Shown in pieces: positions 37,346 through 48,858 of a DNA stretch of 64,000 nt. This stretch comes from Psammoneis japonica. Its lineage: Eukaryota. The DNA is taken from the NCBI GenBank assembly GCA_008632985.1, contig QPGO01000052.1, positions 186,001-250,000 of the forward strand. The letters run 5' to 3'. The position numbers and the translations under genes are program-made. Every line of letters begins with the position of its first letter. Position 1 is the stretch's first letter. Under the pieces are notes generated by a model. The model worked only from the letters and a program-made list of their open reading frames with translations. It made no database searches and had not been told where the DNA came from.

Positions 37346-38638
37346 CTACCATACATCGCCTCCATCAGTGTCAAGATCTCCGTCGTCGTAATCAAAGCCA
37401 CCATCATCAAAATCATCTTCGCCGTCAAGAGAATCAGTGTCGTCGTCCAAGTCGTCAAGAGGCACCATTTGAACTCCCCCGTCGTCAATTATTGCATCCT
37501 CCGCGTCGTCCAAGTCCAGCTCTTCTTCGTCCGCCTCGACCGTCGTTGCCGCAGGAGCAACAGAGTCATCGCCATCGTCATCCAGGAACCCGAGGTCAAG
37601 ATCCAGGTCAATGTCAACATCTTCATCGGAAGATTCATCATCAATGTCATCGCCAGCGTTCTGAATTGCCTCGAGTAACCCCTGAGCAGCGGATGCTTGA
37701 TTCGACGCAGTGGGTGTCGATTCCTCCTCATCGTCGTCAGCCATGTCAAGACCAAGATCCAACAAAAAGTCATCAAAACTGTCATCCTCTTCGTCTTCTT
37801 CTTCATCATCATCCTTGGCTGCCGGCGTTACTGATGATTCAGCCGTATCAGGTCCATCATCAACAATCGCATCGTCGGCAGAAGGCGGTTTGACTGCTTC
37901 TGCAGTGACAGCGTCTTCTGCTACCGAGCCAAGCGTACCGTAGACACCATCTCCCAACTCTACCGGCACATCCATGACACTGGCTTCATCATCATCATCG
38001 TCATCCACAATAAGAGTTGACTTCTTTTCCGATTCGGCGGCTTCACGTCTTTCTTTGACACCTCTCCGTGCCCCGGCTCGCATCGCTGCTTCCATCTCTG
38101 GTGTCGCCCAGCGACCCTGCTGTTCGATAAAGTCTTCGATGGGAATTGGATGTGGATGAGGTGGCTCCCATTTGTGATGCCATTCAATTTGCTGAAAGTG
38201 CGGCCACGGTATCGGTTCTGGGTCGTCGTCGCCAATCGGTAAATCGTGAAACGGCATGTTTTCTGGTGTCTTGCCTGGACGCATCGTCCCTGGATACTCC
38301 ATCATGGGCTCATACGAGTCCGGCAGTTCCGACTCTTCGTCGTCAATTGACATATAGCCAGAACCGGGAGGGGCATATATATACAGAGCGGAAGCGGGGT
38401 CTTTCACCGTACTTTCAAAGATTCTTCGACGTTGGCTGTTCTGGCTACGACCTGACCATCGCTCAATCGTTGGAAGCATAGTAAACGCATTGCAGAATTC
38501 ACACAAGGCGTATCCAATGAAAAGTAATACGACGGTTGAAGAAGACATTGTAGCCACCAGCGAAGTGCTTGCGGGATGGTGGTGGCGGCGCGGCCGTCGG
38601 ATTCCCATCGTCGTGATGTTGTGTGAGCGAGCCATCAT
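37346..38638 (-). CDS. Hypothetical protein with hydrophobic leader, Pro/Trp/His-rich core and long acidic tail
   Basis: Open frame of about 430 aa with normal codon usage. 'CNA-F' cleavage-like site. Core 'YPGTMRPG...PWPHFQQIEWHHKW'. Confidence 0.75.
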   Translation of the reverse strand: MMARSHNITTMGIRRPRRHHHPASTSLVATMSSSTVVLLFIGYALCEFCNAFTMLPTIERWSGRSQNSQRRRIFESTVKDPASALYIYAPPGSGYMSIDDEESELPDSYEPMMEYPGTMRPGKTPENMPFHDLPIGDDDPEPIPWPHFQQIEWHHKWEPPHPHPIPIEDFIEQQGRWATPEMEAAMRAGARRGVKERREAAESEKKSTLIVDDDDDDEASVMDVPVELGDGVYGTLGSVAEDAVTAEAVKPPSADDAIVDDGPDTAESSVTPAAKDDDEEEDEEDDSFDDFLLDLGLDMADDDEEESTPTASNQASAAQGLLEAIQNAGDDIDDESSDEDVDIDLDLDLGFLDDDGDDSVAPAATTVEADEEELDLDDAEDAIIDDGGVQMVPLDDLDDDTDSLDGEDDFDDGGFDYDDGDLDTDGGDVW

Positions 38639-38749
38639 CACTCAGCACTCAGCACCCATCAATCAAAACAGACGGATGACGTACGTACGAGGGCACTTGT
38701 CATCACCCCATAAGCACGTAGATTTCTACTTTGATGAGTCATCAGGCTC

Positions 38750-41700
38750 AGAACCCAGCAGACACGGTGCCCCGGAAGTGTGCACATTTTGTCTTCGACC
38801 GTTCTGTCATCCTTTTGCACGCCTTGTGCGACAGCTGTTTGCATCACATCTTTCGTGGCACGCCCCCCCCCCCATTGATGCACCCAGCAGCAGAGTTGTC
38901 GGAGAATCTTGGCCATGCACACAGCAGCCTGAGTGCTGGTGCGCCAACCCACGCAGCCCTGGTGTGTGTCTGCAGCAGAGCCAGCATGTGGTGCTCTTGC
39001 CACCGCTCGTGTCTGCAAGGTGCGCTCTGTCTTTTGCAAATCTGAAAAATGGAAGGTGCGATTTGCTCTTGTTGAGAGTTGAAATTTGCTTGACAACAAA
39101 AAGCTGCATGTTCTTGTCAAGGAGTGCTCCTTCATTGCCTCTGCAAATGGGTGGATTTTCACAGTTGACCCAAATTGGCAAAGCGGCCAGGAAACCAGAC
39201 TCAAGGAAATTTGGTCTCACAACATGTTGCGAGCTCTTCACAAGATCACTTTCCCATGTGTTCACAGTGCCATTGTTGTGAATTCATTGTGTGTGTCCAC
39301 AGCCAAGTTGGCAAAGCAAGACACAACAGACAGCAGGCGAAACATGCATGGCTCATTTCTGTGCACACGCACACCCAAGTCAATCTTGCTGATGGTGGCT
39401 GTCATTGTTTTTTGGCTGGAGCATGTCATGCCAACAATTTGATTTGTTCATTTTCTTTGTTGTTTGTTGTGTGTTGCACTGGTCACAACTTCTGGTTGTG
39501 CATTTTTGGAACAAGGCAGCAATGCCGCTGCACGAGAGCCACAAGCAAGTCCAACATTCGACATCAAGTTGCCAGGATGTGGAAGTCCAAGCTGCCCAAA
39601 GTCACCAAGACATCTGGGTTCTTAATTTGCCAAAATCTGGTGATTTTGCTGGCTCTGGCCAGACAATCACCATGGGCACAGCTCTCTCCTCTCTTTCCTC
39701 TGGCTGGCTGGCCGCTCTGCCACTCGTCTCTGCTGCTGCCAGCAGAGCCACTGGCTGGCTGTGCCCCCCCTGCTTGCATTTGCACCAGTGCACCCAGCTG
39801 TGGTGCTGGCAGTGCTCCTCCACTGATGGGGTGGATGGGCAACACTGGGGCTTGAAGCAGTGCTTGCTGCTGGGAAGCAGAGCTGGCATGCCACTCCTTG
39901 ATTGTTGTTCACATTGAAAACATCCCTCACTCCTGTGAGCTCAATGCAGAGAGGTGGAAGACATGACATGCCTCTTTGTGACAGCAATTGAAGCTGTTCA
40001 CTTGGCTTGCCACTGAGCTCTTTGGAAAAATGAGCAAAACAGAGGCCACCAAGAAAGCACGCTTGTTGTTGTGGTCAAAGGATGTGCATCATTGCAACTC
40101 ATCTTCAGCTTTTGTGGTTGTCATCTCCCTTTTGTGTTGGTTGCTTGCCCACTTTGTGCGAGTGTGTTGTGGAGCTCAAAATTTCGTTCTCGCCACATCA
40201 AATGAGGGCCACAAGATAAAAACACATTGTGGCAGCCAGCAGAACAGGCAAGGAAGGGCACATTTTTTGTGACTCTGGGGAATCCTTCAACAAGGCAAGG
40301 GGAAGCCAAACCAAAAACCAAAGAGACTCAACTTGGGAGCACTGATCACCTCTTGTCTGAAGCAAAAATGGGCCAAAGCAAAGGAGTGCATTCAAGTGCA
40401 CCCCCCACAAGCAACACATGAGATCACATTGTTGTTTGTTGCTTGTTGGCAAATCTGTTCTTCACTGGGTCTGTTGAGATGAGTGTGTTGGTCAATTGAA
40501 ACAAGATGATTTCTCTGATTGAGAAACAGATGAAATGGAAGATGGGTTTGAGGTTTCCCATCAAATGTGCGACTTTGTGCAGTCAACATTTGTTCTTGAT
40601 GTGGCTTTCAGCAGAGATGGTTTGGGTTCATCTGAGAAATGGGCACTCATGCAAATGTCACCGTTGTTCTGCCATGACAGAATTGGAAACACACCACTGC
40701 TCTTCCATGTTGGCCACAACTGGCACACAGCCAGCCCAATGCTCACAAATGTGTTTTTCTGGATTTGGCTCAACAGATCTGCACAAATGCATTGTCATTG
40801 TGCATCCAAAAGTGTGTGTGTTGGGGGGGGAGGGGGCACACCAGATTTCAGAGCTTTTGGTGGCTCATTGCAGTGGCACTCCTTCAGAGGATCCCACTTC
40901 AGTTGACCCCAGATGAAGACAGTGACCCACTCCAAACTGAACAAGTTTTTCTGCTCTGTTTCCAAGGCATCGGAAGCTGCTGTGTCAGAACATGGTGCTG
41001 GAGGACTTGAGCACCAAGACATGACAAAGTTTCATTTCCAATTGATGCAATGTTTTTGGAGGCTGTTGATTTGGAGACACCTCACAAGTCTGACTTTCAA
41101 ATTGTTGATCTCATGTCACCTTGGAGGACTCAAAGCAGCATCAGAAGACTGGCTCCATTTCATGCTCTGGCATGGGCACCCTTTTGTCATCTGCACATGT
41201 CAAAGATTCTCCTTGAAATGTCCGACCACTGTCAAGGCATGTTGCCACTTTGCACAGCAGGAGCACAGCCTCTGCTGCCAGATTTGCTGCTGCTGTTGCT
41301 GAGGCAGAGCCAACCAAACTCCACTGACATCAAAGGAATTGAGTGTCCTGCAGAACCAGTGGGTCCAAACAGCACTTGGACAGCTTGGGTTTTGCTTGTG
41401 CAAGGCAATGTGGTTGTTGACTGGCATGGAAATGCTGACAGATGGCAAAAACTTCATGATTCTTTCATTGCTGAGTGCTTGTCCTCAGGCTGCAGCTCAC
41501 CCAACAACAACTGGTGCTTGGCTGGGGCACTTCACTGTGCCATCAAATGAGGTTGTGTGTGGAGGCAGCAAGACAGTTGTGGAAGGCAGTTCCAGATTCA
41601 GCAACTGCTTTTGATCCAAAGACAAGATTGTCTCCATTCTGGCTGGCTGCATCAGCTCCTGAAAAACCTCCCTCAGGCTTCAAAAGATGCCTGACAATGG

Positions 41701-44700
41701 GCTGGATGCAACACTTGAGTTGGCCCACATTCATCTGGGAGCTGCTTCAGTCAGGAACACCCAAGCATTTTTCTCTTCAAGCCAGTGCCAGTGCAGCAAC
41801 TGAAAAGGCTGTGGGTGCTTGTCATGCATGCACAAGGAAACACGGGAACCACAAAATGTGTTGCATGCAACACAGAGAGGTTGCAACAAGCAAATTTCCA
41901 ACACAGAGATCAGTGCAGCAGAGCCAGCCAGCAGCTTCTCTTGTTGCAGATCACAACATGCATTGCAGCTCTGATGCCAGCATCACAGAAATGAAAGAGG
42001 CTCACTCTGACCCTGAAGACAAGCTTTGGAGGAAGGCTCACAGACTGGCTCTCTTGCCAGATGCTCCTCATCAGCATGATTTGGGTGGAAAGCTTTCAGC
42101 AGATCCCACGTTGACTTGCCAGTGCTTTGAAGCCTTTCACAGAAAGCTGTCATCCAACAAATGCCCAGTCATTTGTTTGTGGCTCTGCCAATGATGCAAG
42201 AGAGCACTTGAAACAAGCCAGTGAATGCCTCCAGGAGCACAAATCTGGACTCAGCATTTGAGAAAGCAGTGCTGTCCTGGCCCTTGGCAACAAGCAAAAA
42301 GTTTTGAGGAGCCAAAAACAGTGCAAAAGCCTTGCCCCAGCTGCACCAATGGTGACAACAGAGATTGCAAGTTGCAAATCATATGCATGATGCAGAAACA
42401 GACCCAATGATGGAGATGGTGCACAGAATGCACTGGATTTGCTGCTTTTGGGGTTGCCCACATCTGCCGTGCAGAAGCCTCTCATCACATCTGACTGAGG
42501 AGATCATGCTGTTGACAATGGGCTCAACTTGACATTGTGGCAGGCAAGTGACTTGTGAGCTCTCATTTTGTTTGGCAGCGCTGGGTGCTGAACATTGTTT
42601 CAATCAGATGCAGTGCATCTGTTTTCAAAGAAGATTGATGTCTCACTTTTTGTGATCTCAGCTGGCTCTTGTCCAGAGCAACATTTTCACATTGGTGGTG
42701 CTGGCTCACACAGCTTGTTTCTTTGTTTGTGTCTGTGAGGGTGCTGTTGCATCTAATCTTTGCAGCCAATTCTCACATGCACAACAACCTTTTTGTTGCT
42801 GTTGCACTCTTGTCATGGTGGTTGAAGCTTGCAGGCAGGAGGTCAGAGGTCATGGAGTTGGTCACACAGGCAGTCACAGACTGGGGGCTGGTCAAGCAAG
42901 AGGTCAACTGGGTCAACTTGGTCTTGGTGCTGAACATGCAAATGCAAAGAGCAGATGTCCTCCTCCCTGACAATTGGTTGCCTGTGCCAATGTGGTTGTG
43001 CTCTGGCCTCATGTTGCCTTGTCCCACAGGTTGGTGACGGCTTGAGAGCTTCCCAACTTTAGAGCAAGCTGCAAGCATGATGTCCAACAACCTCCAAGCA
43101 GTGGCAGGATGAGGGGGCACTGGTGGTCTCTGGGAGATCCCAGGTGACACTTTGACAACTGCAGTTGAGCATTGAGCAGTGCAAGGCACCAGTGTTGTGC
43201 AGCTGTGGCATCCTGTCCCATCCTCCATCAGCCAGAAGCACACGTCTTCTTCAAACTCTGACTCCAGAATGAAAGGACCACATGATGGTGCCAACCAACA
43301 TGACAACAGCAAGCTGAGGGCATTGATGGTCTCTGGTGGATCCACATGACACTGCAACACCACGGCTGAGCAGAACAAGGCCTGTCTTGTGTGGTTGTGG
43401 CCCCACATCATCTTGTTCTGACAGGAGGAGCAGACTTGAAAACTTCCCAACTCCACAGTGAAAGGGCCGCACACGCCAGCCAACCCAGTGGCAGCAAGCT
43501 GAGGACGCTGACGGTATCTGATGGGTGCCTGGCAACACTTCAAGAACTGCAACTGGTCATTGCAAGGTTGGCCTTATGGTGTTGTGGCCTGCTGATGTCA
43601 CCTTGTCTCCAACAGCAGCAGATTTGAATTTCCAAACTCCAGAGCAAAAGGCCCCTGTGGTGGCACCAACCAACCTGACAACTGCAAGCTGCTGAGGGCA
43701 CTGGCAGTGTCTGGTGGACCCCAGGCAAGACTTTCAGAAGTGTGCTTGAGTGTTGCAAGGTTGATCTTGTGGTTGTGGCTCCATGTCACCTTGTCCCCAA
43801 TGGCAGCACATGTGAGTTTCCAAACTCCTCCAGAGTGCAAGGAAACCACAATGGTGCCAACCAACCTGAGGCAACAGCAAGCTGAGGGCATTTGCAGTCT
43901 CTGCTGGACCCCAGGTGTTGGCAGCCTTGCCACATGATGGACAAAACAAGAAGACAACACAGAGTCAGATGTCCTGGCACTTTCACAGAATTGGGCTGGA
44001 AGCTTCGCCCTCCACCAGAGCTCCACAGGTGGATTGCTTTTTGACATTTGAAACAGAGAAGCTTTTTGTCAAACTCCTCCTCCAAAGTGGGCACCTCAAA
44101 TGAAAATGTCCAAAGCCACATGAAACACCAGCTGTCCATGCAAAACAGAGGGACCAAGAAAGATGTGATTTTGCCAAGAAATGTCCCACAAAGCACAGAA
44201 TTTTGCATCACCTGGAGCTGGAGCAGGCCTTGAGGCCAGGCAGATCTCTGCTGACATGTTTGATGTTTGGTGCCACTCTTTGATGCCAAGCCCTGTTGTG
44301 CCACCACAAGCACATGTCTCTCAGACAGGCCAGAGGATGATTCCTGCTGCAGTCCATGGACCCTGCAAGACTGCCTGTCTCATGCCACATGTTTGTCATC
44401 TCTGAGTTGTCATTTTCTTGCACCTCCTGTCTCAAAAATCTGAGATTGCACATGTTGCAATGGATGGAGCATTGGAGCAGCCAGGTTTTGGCTCTGAACT
44501 CTGCCGCCATTGGCTTTGGATGTGCGGTGCTGCCATTTTCTGTCAGCTTGAACAAGACCAGCAGAAATGGAGCACATGAAAGTTCCTCTCCAGCAGTGCC
44601 AAGACTGCCACATCAAATTATTCCACAACCTTCCCAGCGTGTCTGCTCTTGCCAACAATGGCCCCTCATTTCCCAGCCATGGAGAGCACAATGTGTGGCA

Positions 44701-45460
44701 CAGAGAAAGCAAGCAGGCTCCATGAGTTTGTGCTGGAAAATGTGAAAATGTGCTTTGACATGACCGCTGATTGCTGCAAATTGAAGCACACTTTCTTTTT
44801 CTGACACCAAGCTCCAAGAGTAAAGAGAGCACCCCAACAAAACGCAGCTTTGAACAACAAAAGTTTCCACGTCCTTTTGACCAACTCTCTGTTGTAAACA
44901 CAGGTCTTTGGCGGCAACAGGAGGATCCTGTCACTTGGCACACTCCTCTCATCACTGCAACACTTCCTGCAGCCACTGCAAGAAGTCTGCTCTGCACTCC
45001 ACAGAAACAAGCCAAGACACCCAATGGATGAAGATGTCAAGCATTGAGCCCTCCACATTGGGAGTCCTGTGGCAAGTCACTGACACCCTGCTCGACATGT
45101 TGACATGACTGTTCTTCCTTGCCATTGTTTTGTGTAAAAAAATGCCCTCTGCCTGGTTTGATCCTGACTTTTGAAATGAACACAAGTGCCAGGTGGTCTT
45201 TGTTTGAATTTAAAGCGACAGATGGCTGTCACCCCATGACTTGTGCTCCTCTCTGGGACAATGTGCACCAGGCATGACTGGGATTTCCATGGCTCTGTTG
45301 TGTCGGCTCCAATTTTGTTGCATTGAACCCAACAATGCTTTGAACATTTGTGGAGAAAGAAGAATGGAATCAAGGTGGAACAAGTGCAAGCAGGATGCCA
45401 CAATGCAAATGGTGTGCTTTGAGGGACACAACAAAGGACGGCTGTTCCTCAGAGCTTAAA
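38750..45460. other. TpA/CpG-depleted degenerate block 4
   Basis: TA is extremely rare over ~6.7 kb. No intact gene. Confidence 0.85.
43050..43930. repeat. Degenerate tandem array, ~190 bp period, about 5 copies
   Basis: Anchors 'ttcc(c/a)aact...ccaacc...gcaagctgaggg...tctctggtgga' recur near 43050, 43250, 43444, 43630 and 43818. Confidence 0.7.
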
Positions 45461-46120
45461 GGGATGCATTCTATGTGTCCCCCCGTAAAACATTAGAATG
45501 TGACTGAGCGCATGGAGCTGCCAGCCCTCGGAGCAAAGCTGCACGCAGCATGGGAACTAAATGATGACAATGTCATGCTGCATGTAGCACACGAATGTGC
45601 TGGGACGTTCACGGAGAGCGTTGGACGATCTACCGCTTTTCACGTCCACACCACGCTGCTTCATGAATCATTCAGATGGCTGTCGTGAGTCATTTCAGGA
45701 CCGGCTGCCCCACTTCTACTGCCGGTAGCTAGTAGCAGAGGCACGCATCTTTCTCCACGCCTTACTGTTAGATGTAGAGATTTTCGATGCCTTCGGTCTT
45801 GTAGGAAGAAGCGTTTTATCTGGTTGTCTCAACTCGACTGACTCTGTAGCAACTCACATGAGGCAGTCAACAGTGTGCGATATATGCAGAATTTTTGGAC
45901 TCTGGTAGAGTCTTCGTTCTCGTTGAATAATTCTTAAGCTTGGCGGATTCGCAGACCCTCATTTGATCTGCTTTATTCAGAACTTCCTATTGCAAAATGA
46001 CAGAAGAACTAGCATCGATCTATGTAACAAGTTTGTCAGACCTGTATGGTTTACTCTAGCGTATCCATGAGCGAGCACTCAACATTAATGCGAAAATGCG
46101 TGCACACCACAACGATGCAG

Positions 46121-47095
46121 TTAGACAAGTCTGTCGCTGTTGTCTTCAGCGATGGATCTAGTGCTTCTGGATACTGGTGGTACATGAAAGTTGTGTAGGG
46201 CCAAGCTTGTCGACAGAGCCATTAAGAAAACAACGAGACCAAGAGCATGACTAACCAGGCATGTGGACGGTATGTCAAAAAGGTGTAGAAAGGGAATAAT
46301 ATCTGGCTCAGAAACGGCATAAGAGCATCCAATGAATCCCTCTTTTTCTTGAATTCCCAATAAAATCGTTGCAGCTGTGGCGTTGTAGAGTAGAGGTCCA
46401 ATGAACTTGTGAAAAAACATGATCTTCGTCTTGCCTTCCGGTGTCACGATATTGCTGCAGACATTGTAACCACCAAAGCTAACAATACCCACCATAAATT
46501 GTCCGATATAGACAAGCACAACAGCGCACCCAATCCATGAATGAAGACTGTACAGGTTGGCAATGAACCCACTCGCAGGGTCGTTGTGTGACTTGAAGAC
46601 CGCGACCAAGGCAAGCGTTGCAGACACAGCTGCTATCAACCATGCCAACATGTGCGTCCTTTTGATAGTGTTACGCGAAAAGTGTACTGCAGGCACACGA
46701 AAGATCAAGGCTGCCACCGTCATGAAGCAGAACGACGCCACCATGAGGAGGGGGTGCCAATTGAAAACCTTGGCAGTTCCGCCCAAGAGTGATATCCATA
46801 CAACCACAAGCAAAAGAGCAATAAAGCTCAAGACAAACGAAGCGAGGAAGCACCGTCGTTGAATATTATACGTAAAGTCTGGTAAAGAATTCGCAGCCGA
46901 AAGCGACTCTCTGCTATCCTGAAGAATGAGGGGGTCGCCATGGCATGCCGGGTCTTCTGGTTCCTCTGCCGATGATGGAGGGTCATGCGGTGACAGGCGT
47001 GTACCTTCTCCTGGATCTGTCATTGCTGTTCCTGTCCAATTGTTGCCTCTCCTTGATCGCATAGGGAGAACAATGTTGCTCTCGGTTGTCGGCAT
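46121..47095 (-). CDS. CYB561: Cytochrome b561 (transmembrane ascorbate ferrireductase family)
   Basis: 'FNWHPLLM', 'KRTHM', 'VFKSHN...ANLYSLHSWIG', 'HKFIG' and 'GIQEK'. About six TM helices. Confidence 0.92.
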   Translation of the reverse strand: MPTTESNIVLPMRSRRGNNWTGTAMTDPGEGTRLSPHDPPSSAEEPEDPACHGDPLILQDSRESLSAANSLPDFTYNIQRRCFLASFVLSFIALLLVVVWISLLGGTAKVFNWHPLLMVASFCFMTVAALIFRVPAVHFSRNTIKRTHMLAWLIAAVSATLALVAVFKSHNDPASGFIANLYSLHSWIGCAVVLVYIGQFMVGIVSFGGYNVCSNIVTPEGKTKIMFFHKFIGPLLYNATAATILLGIQEKEGFIGCSYAVSEPDIIPFLHLFDIPSTCLVSHALGLVVFLMALSTSLALHNFHVPPVSRSTRSIAEDNSDRLV

Positions 47096-47503
47096 TACGG
47101 GGCGGTACCTGTCATCATGTTTGACAAAGACAAAAGGACATCATCATCCCCTCTACCGTACTGTACTAGGGCCCTACTGTAGGGCCCTACGGTACCTCTC
47201 TCGTCACTCGATTTTTCGCGCGCTCAAAAGTATCATTTATAAAGGTATTCGTTTATGATTAACTGTATGTATTTCCAGTTTTTCTTTTTTCCGCCCATTT
47301 TTGGCGCTATCGAAATTTTCAGTTAAAACTGGTATTCGTAGGCCAATATGACGAATCTTAAATGTATTTCCAGTTTTTCTTTTTTCTGACGATTTTTGAG
47401 CTTTTTATGAATGTAGATCTTATCGTACAGCCAGACGGACGACCATGGTGTCGAAAAAATAAAATATCTCACCCATTGCCATTCGCAGAAAGACAAAAAC
47501 ATC

Positions 47504-48771
47504 ATGGTAATCGGCCGCCAGGTATTGAGAGGATTGACAAGAGAAGTACAGCTTCCTGCCATGCTTCGACGACACGTACACATCGATGTTAAAATTGTTG
47601 AAGTTGGTCCCCGGGATGGTCTTCAGAATGAATCTGTAATCGTATCCACCAAAGACAAGGTGCGCCTTTTTCAACAGCTCCTTCCCCTCTAGATCCCTGT
47701 TGACTACGTCACATTTCTCTTCCTTGCTGCCATTCTCAGTAGCGTCAGCTTCTTCTTTTTTCTTTTGGGTTTCAGCTCACCTTGATCGAAAAGTTGGAGC
47801 AAAGCAGTTGTCCCGTCATTGAAGTCGCATCCTTTGTATCACCGAAGTGGGTCCCAACGATGGCTGATTCTGGTGGTGTCATGGAGACACTCAACATTCG
47901 TCGACAGCACAAAAAGGACGGATGCTCAGCTCTCTACTCCTGTCTCGTTCCGAATCTCAAAGGCTATGTACGAGCACGGGATGCAGGTTCAGACATGGTT
48001 GCCATTTTCGCATCCGCCAGCGAAGCATTTTCTCAAAAGAACATTAACTGCAGTATCGAAGAGTCCATGACTCGATTTGCTCAAGTTGCGGATGCAGCCA
48101 AGCAGGATGATATTCCGATGCGTGGATATGTTTCTTGTGTCTTGGGTTGTCCTTACGATGGTCATGTACCGCCCGCAAATGTGGCACGGGTTTCCGAGAG
48201 GTTGTTGGAACTGGGATGTGAAGAAATATCCTTGGGCGATACGATTGGGATTGGAACTCCGGGACCAACCGTTGAAATGTTAGCAGAAGTGCAGGTATGT
48301 CGTTATGGGAAGAAGAGCATCGCAGGTTTTCAATCATCAAATATTCACATTTACTATCGTCCGATGTGAAGACTGTTGTTGACACTCAGAAAATAGCCGT
48401 TCATTTTCATGACACCTATGCACAAGCGCTGGTCAATATATTTGCGGCTCTAGAACGAGGTGTGAGAATCGTTGATTCGTCAGTTGGCGGTTTGGGTGGG
48501 TGCCCGTATGCGAAGGGAGCATCGGGGAATGTTGCTACCGAGGATGTCGTCTACATGCTGTGAGTGCGTGCCTGCTTATCATCTTTAGTGTGATCGACGG
48601 CTCTTGCTCATATTGTCATTCATCTGTATCACCAGACAAGGAATGGGACTGGAGACGGGAATAGATCTTGAGAAACTGATAGAAGCTGGGAGTTTCATTC
48701 ATGATGTGCTTGGACGAGAAACAAGAAGCAAAGTGGCAATGGCAATGAAGAGCAACGCACAGCAATCGTAA
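47504..48771 (+). CDS. HMGCL: Hydroxymethylglutaryl-CoA lyase (exons 47504-47659, 47776-48294, 48372-48559, 48636-48771)
   Basis: '[13 protein letters not shown]', 'SFVSPKWVP', 'EISLGDTIG', 'HFHDTY' and '[22 protein letters not shown]'. Confidence 0.97.
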
Positions 48772-48858
48772 TACCATTAGTGAAATTAAGAGCTTAAAAC
48801 AGAGACGTACTGTGACGGCTAAGATTCCGAACGCACCGTATAATACGGGGATTCCCAT

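Noticed and set aside
1..45460. Many 60-290 aa overlapping ORFs in the degenerate blocks (e.g. 10751..11629, 39175..39855, 41475..42194, 42773..43552)
   Set aside because: They are a by-product of TAA/TAG loss: Cys/His/Gln-rich, nearly Tyr-free, present in all six frames and without recognisable domains.
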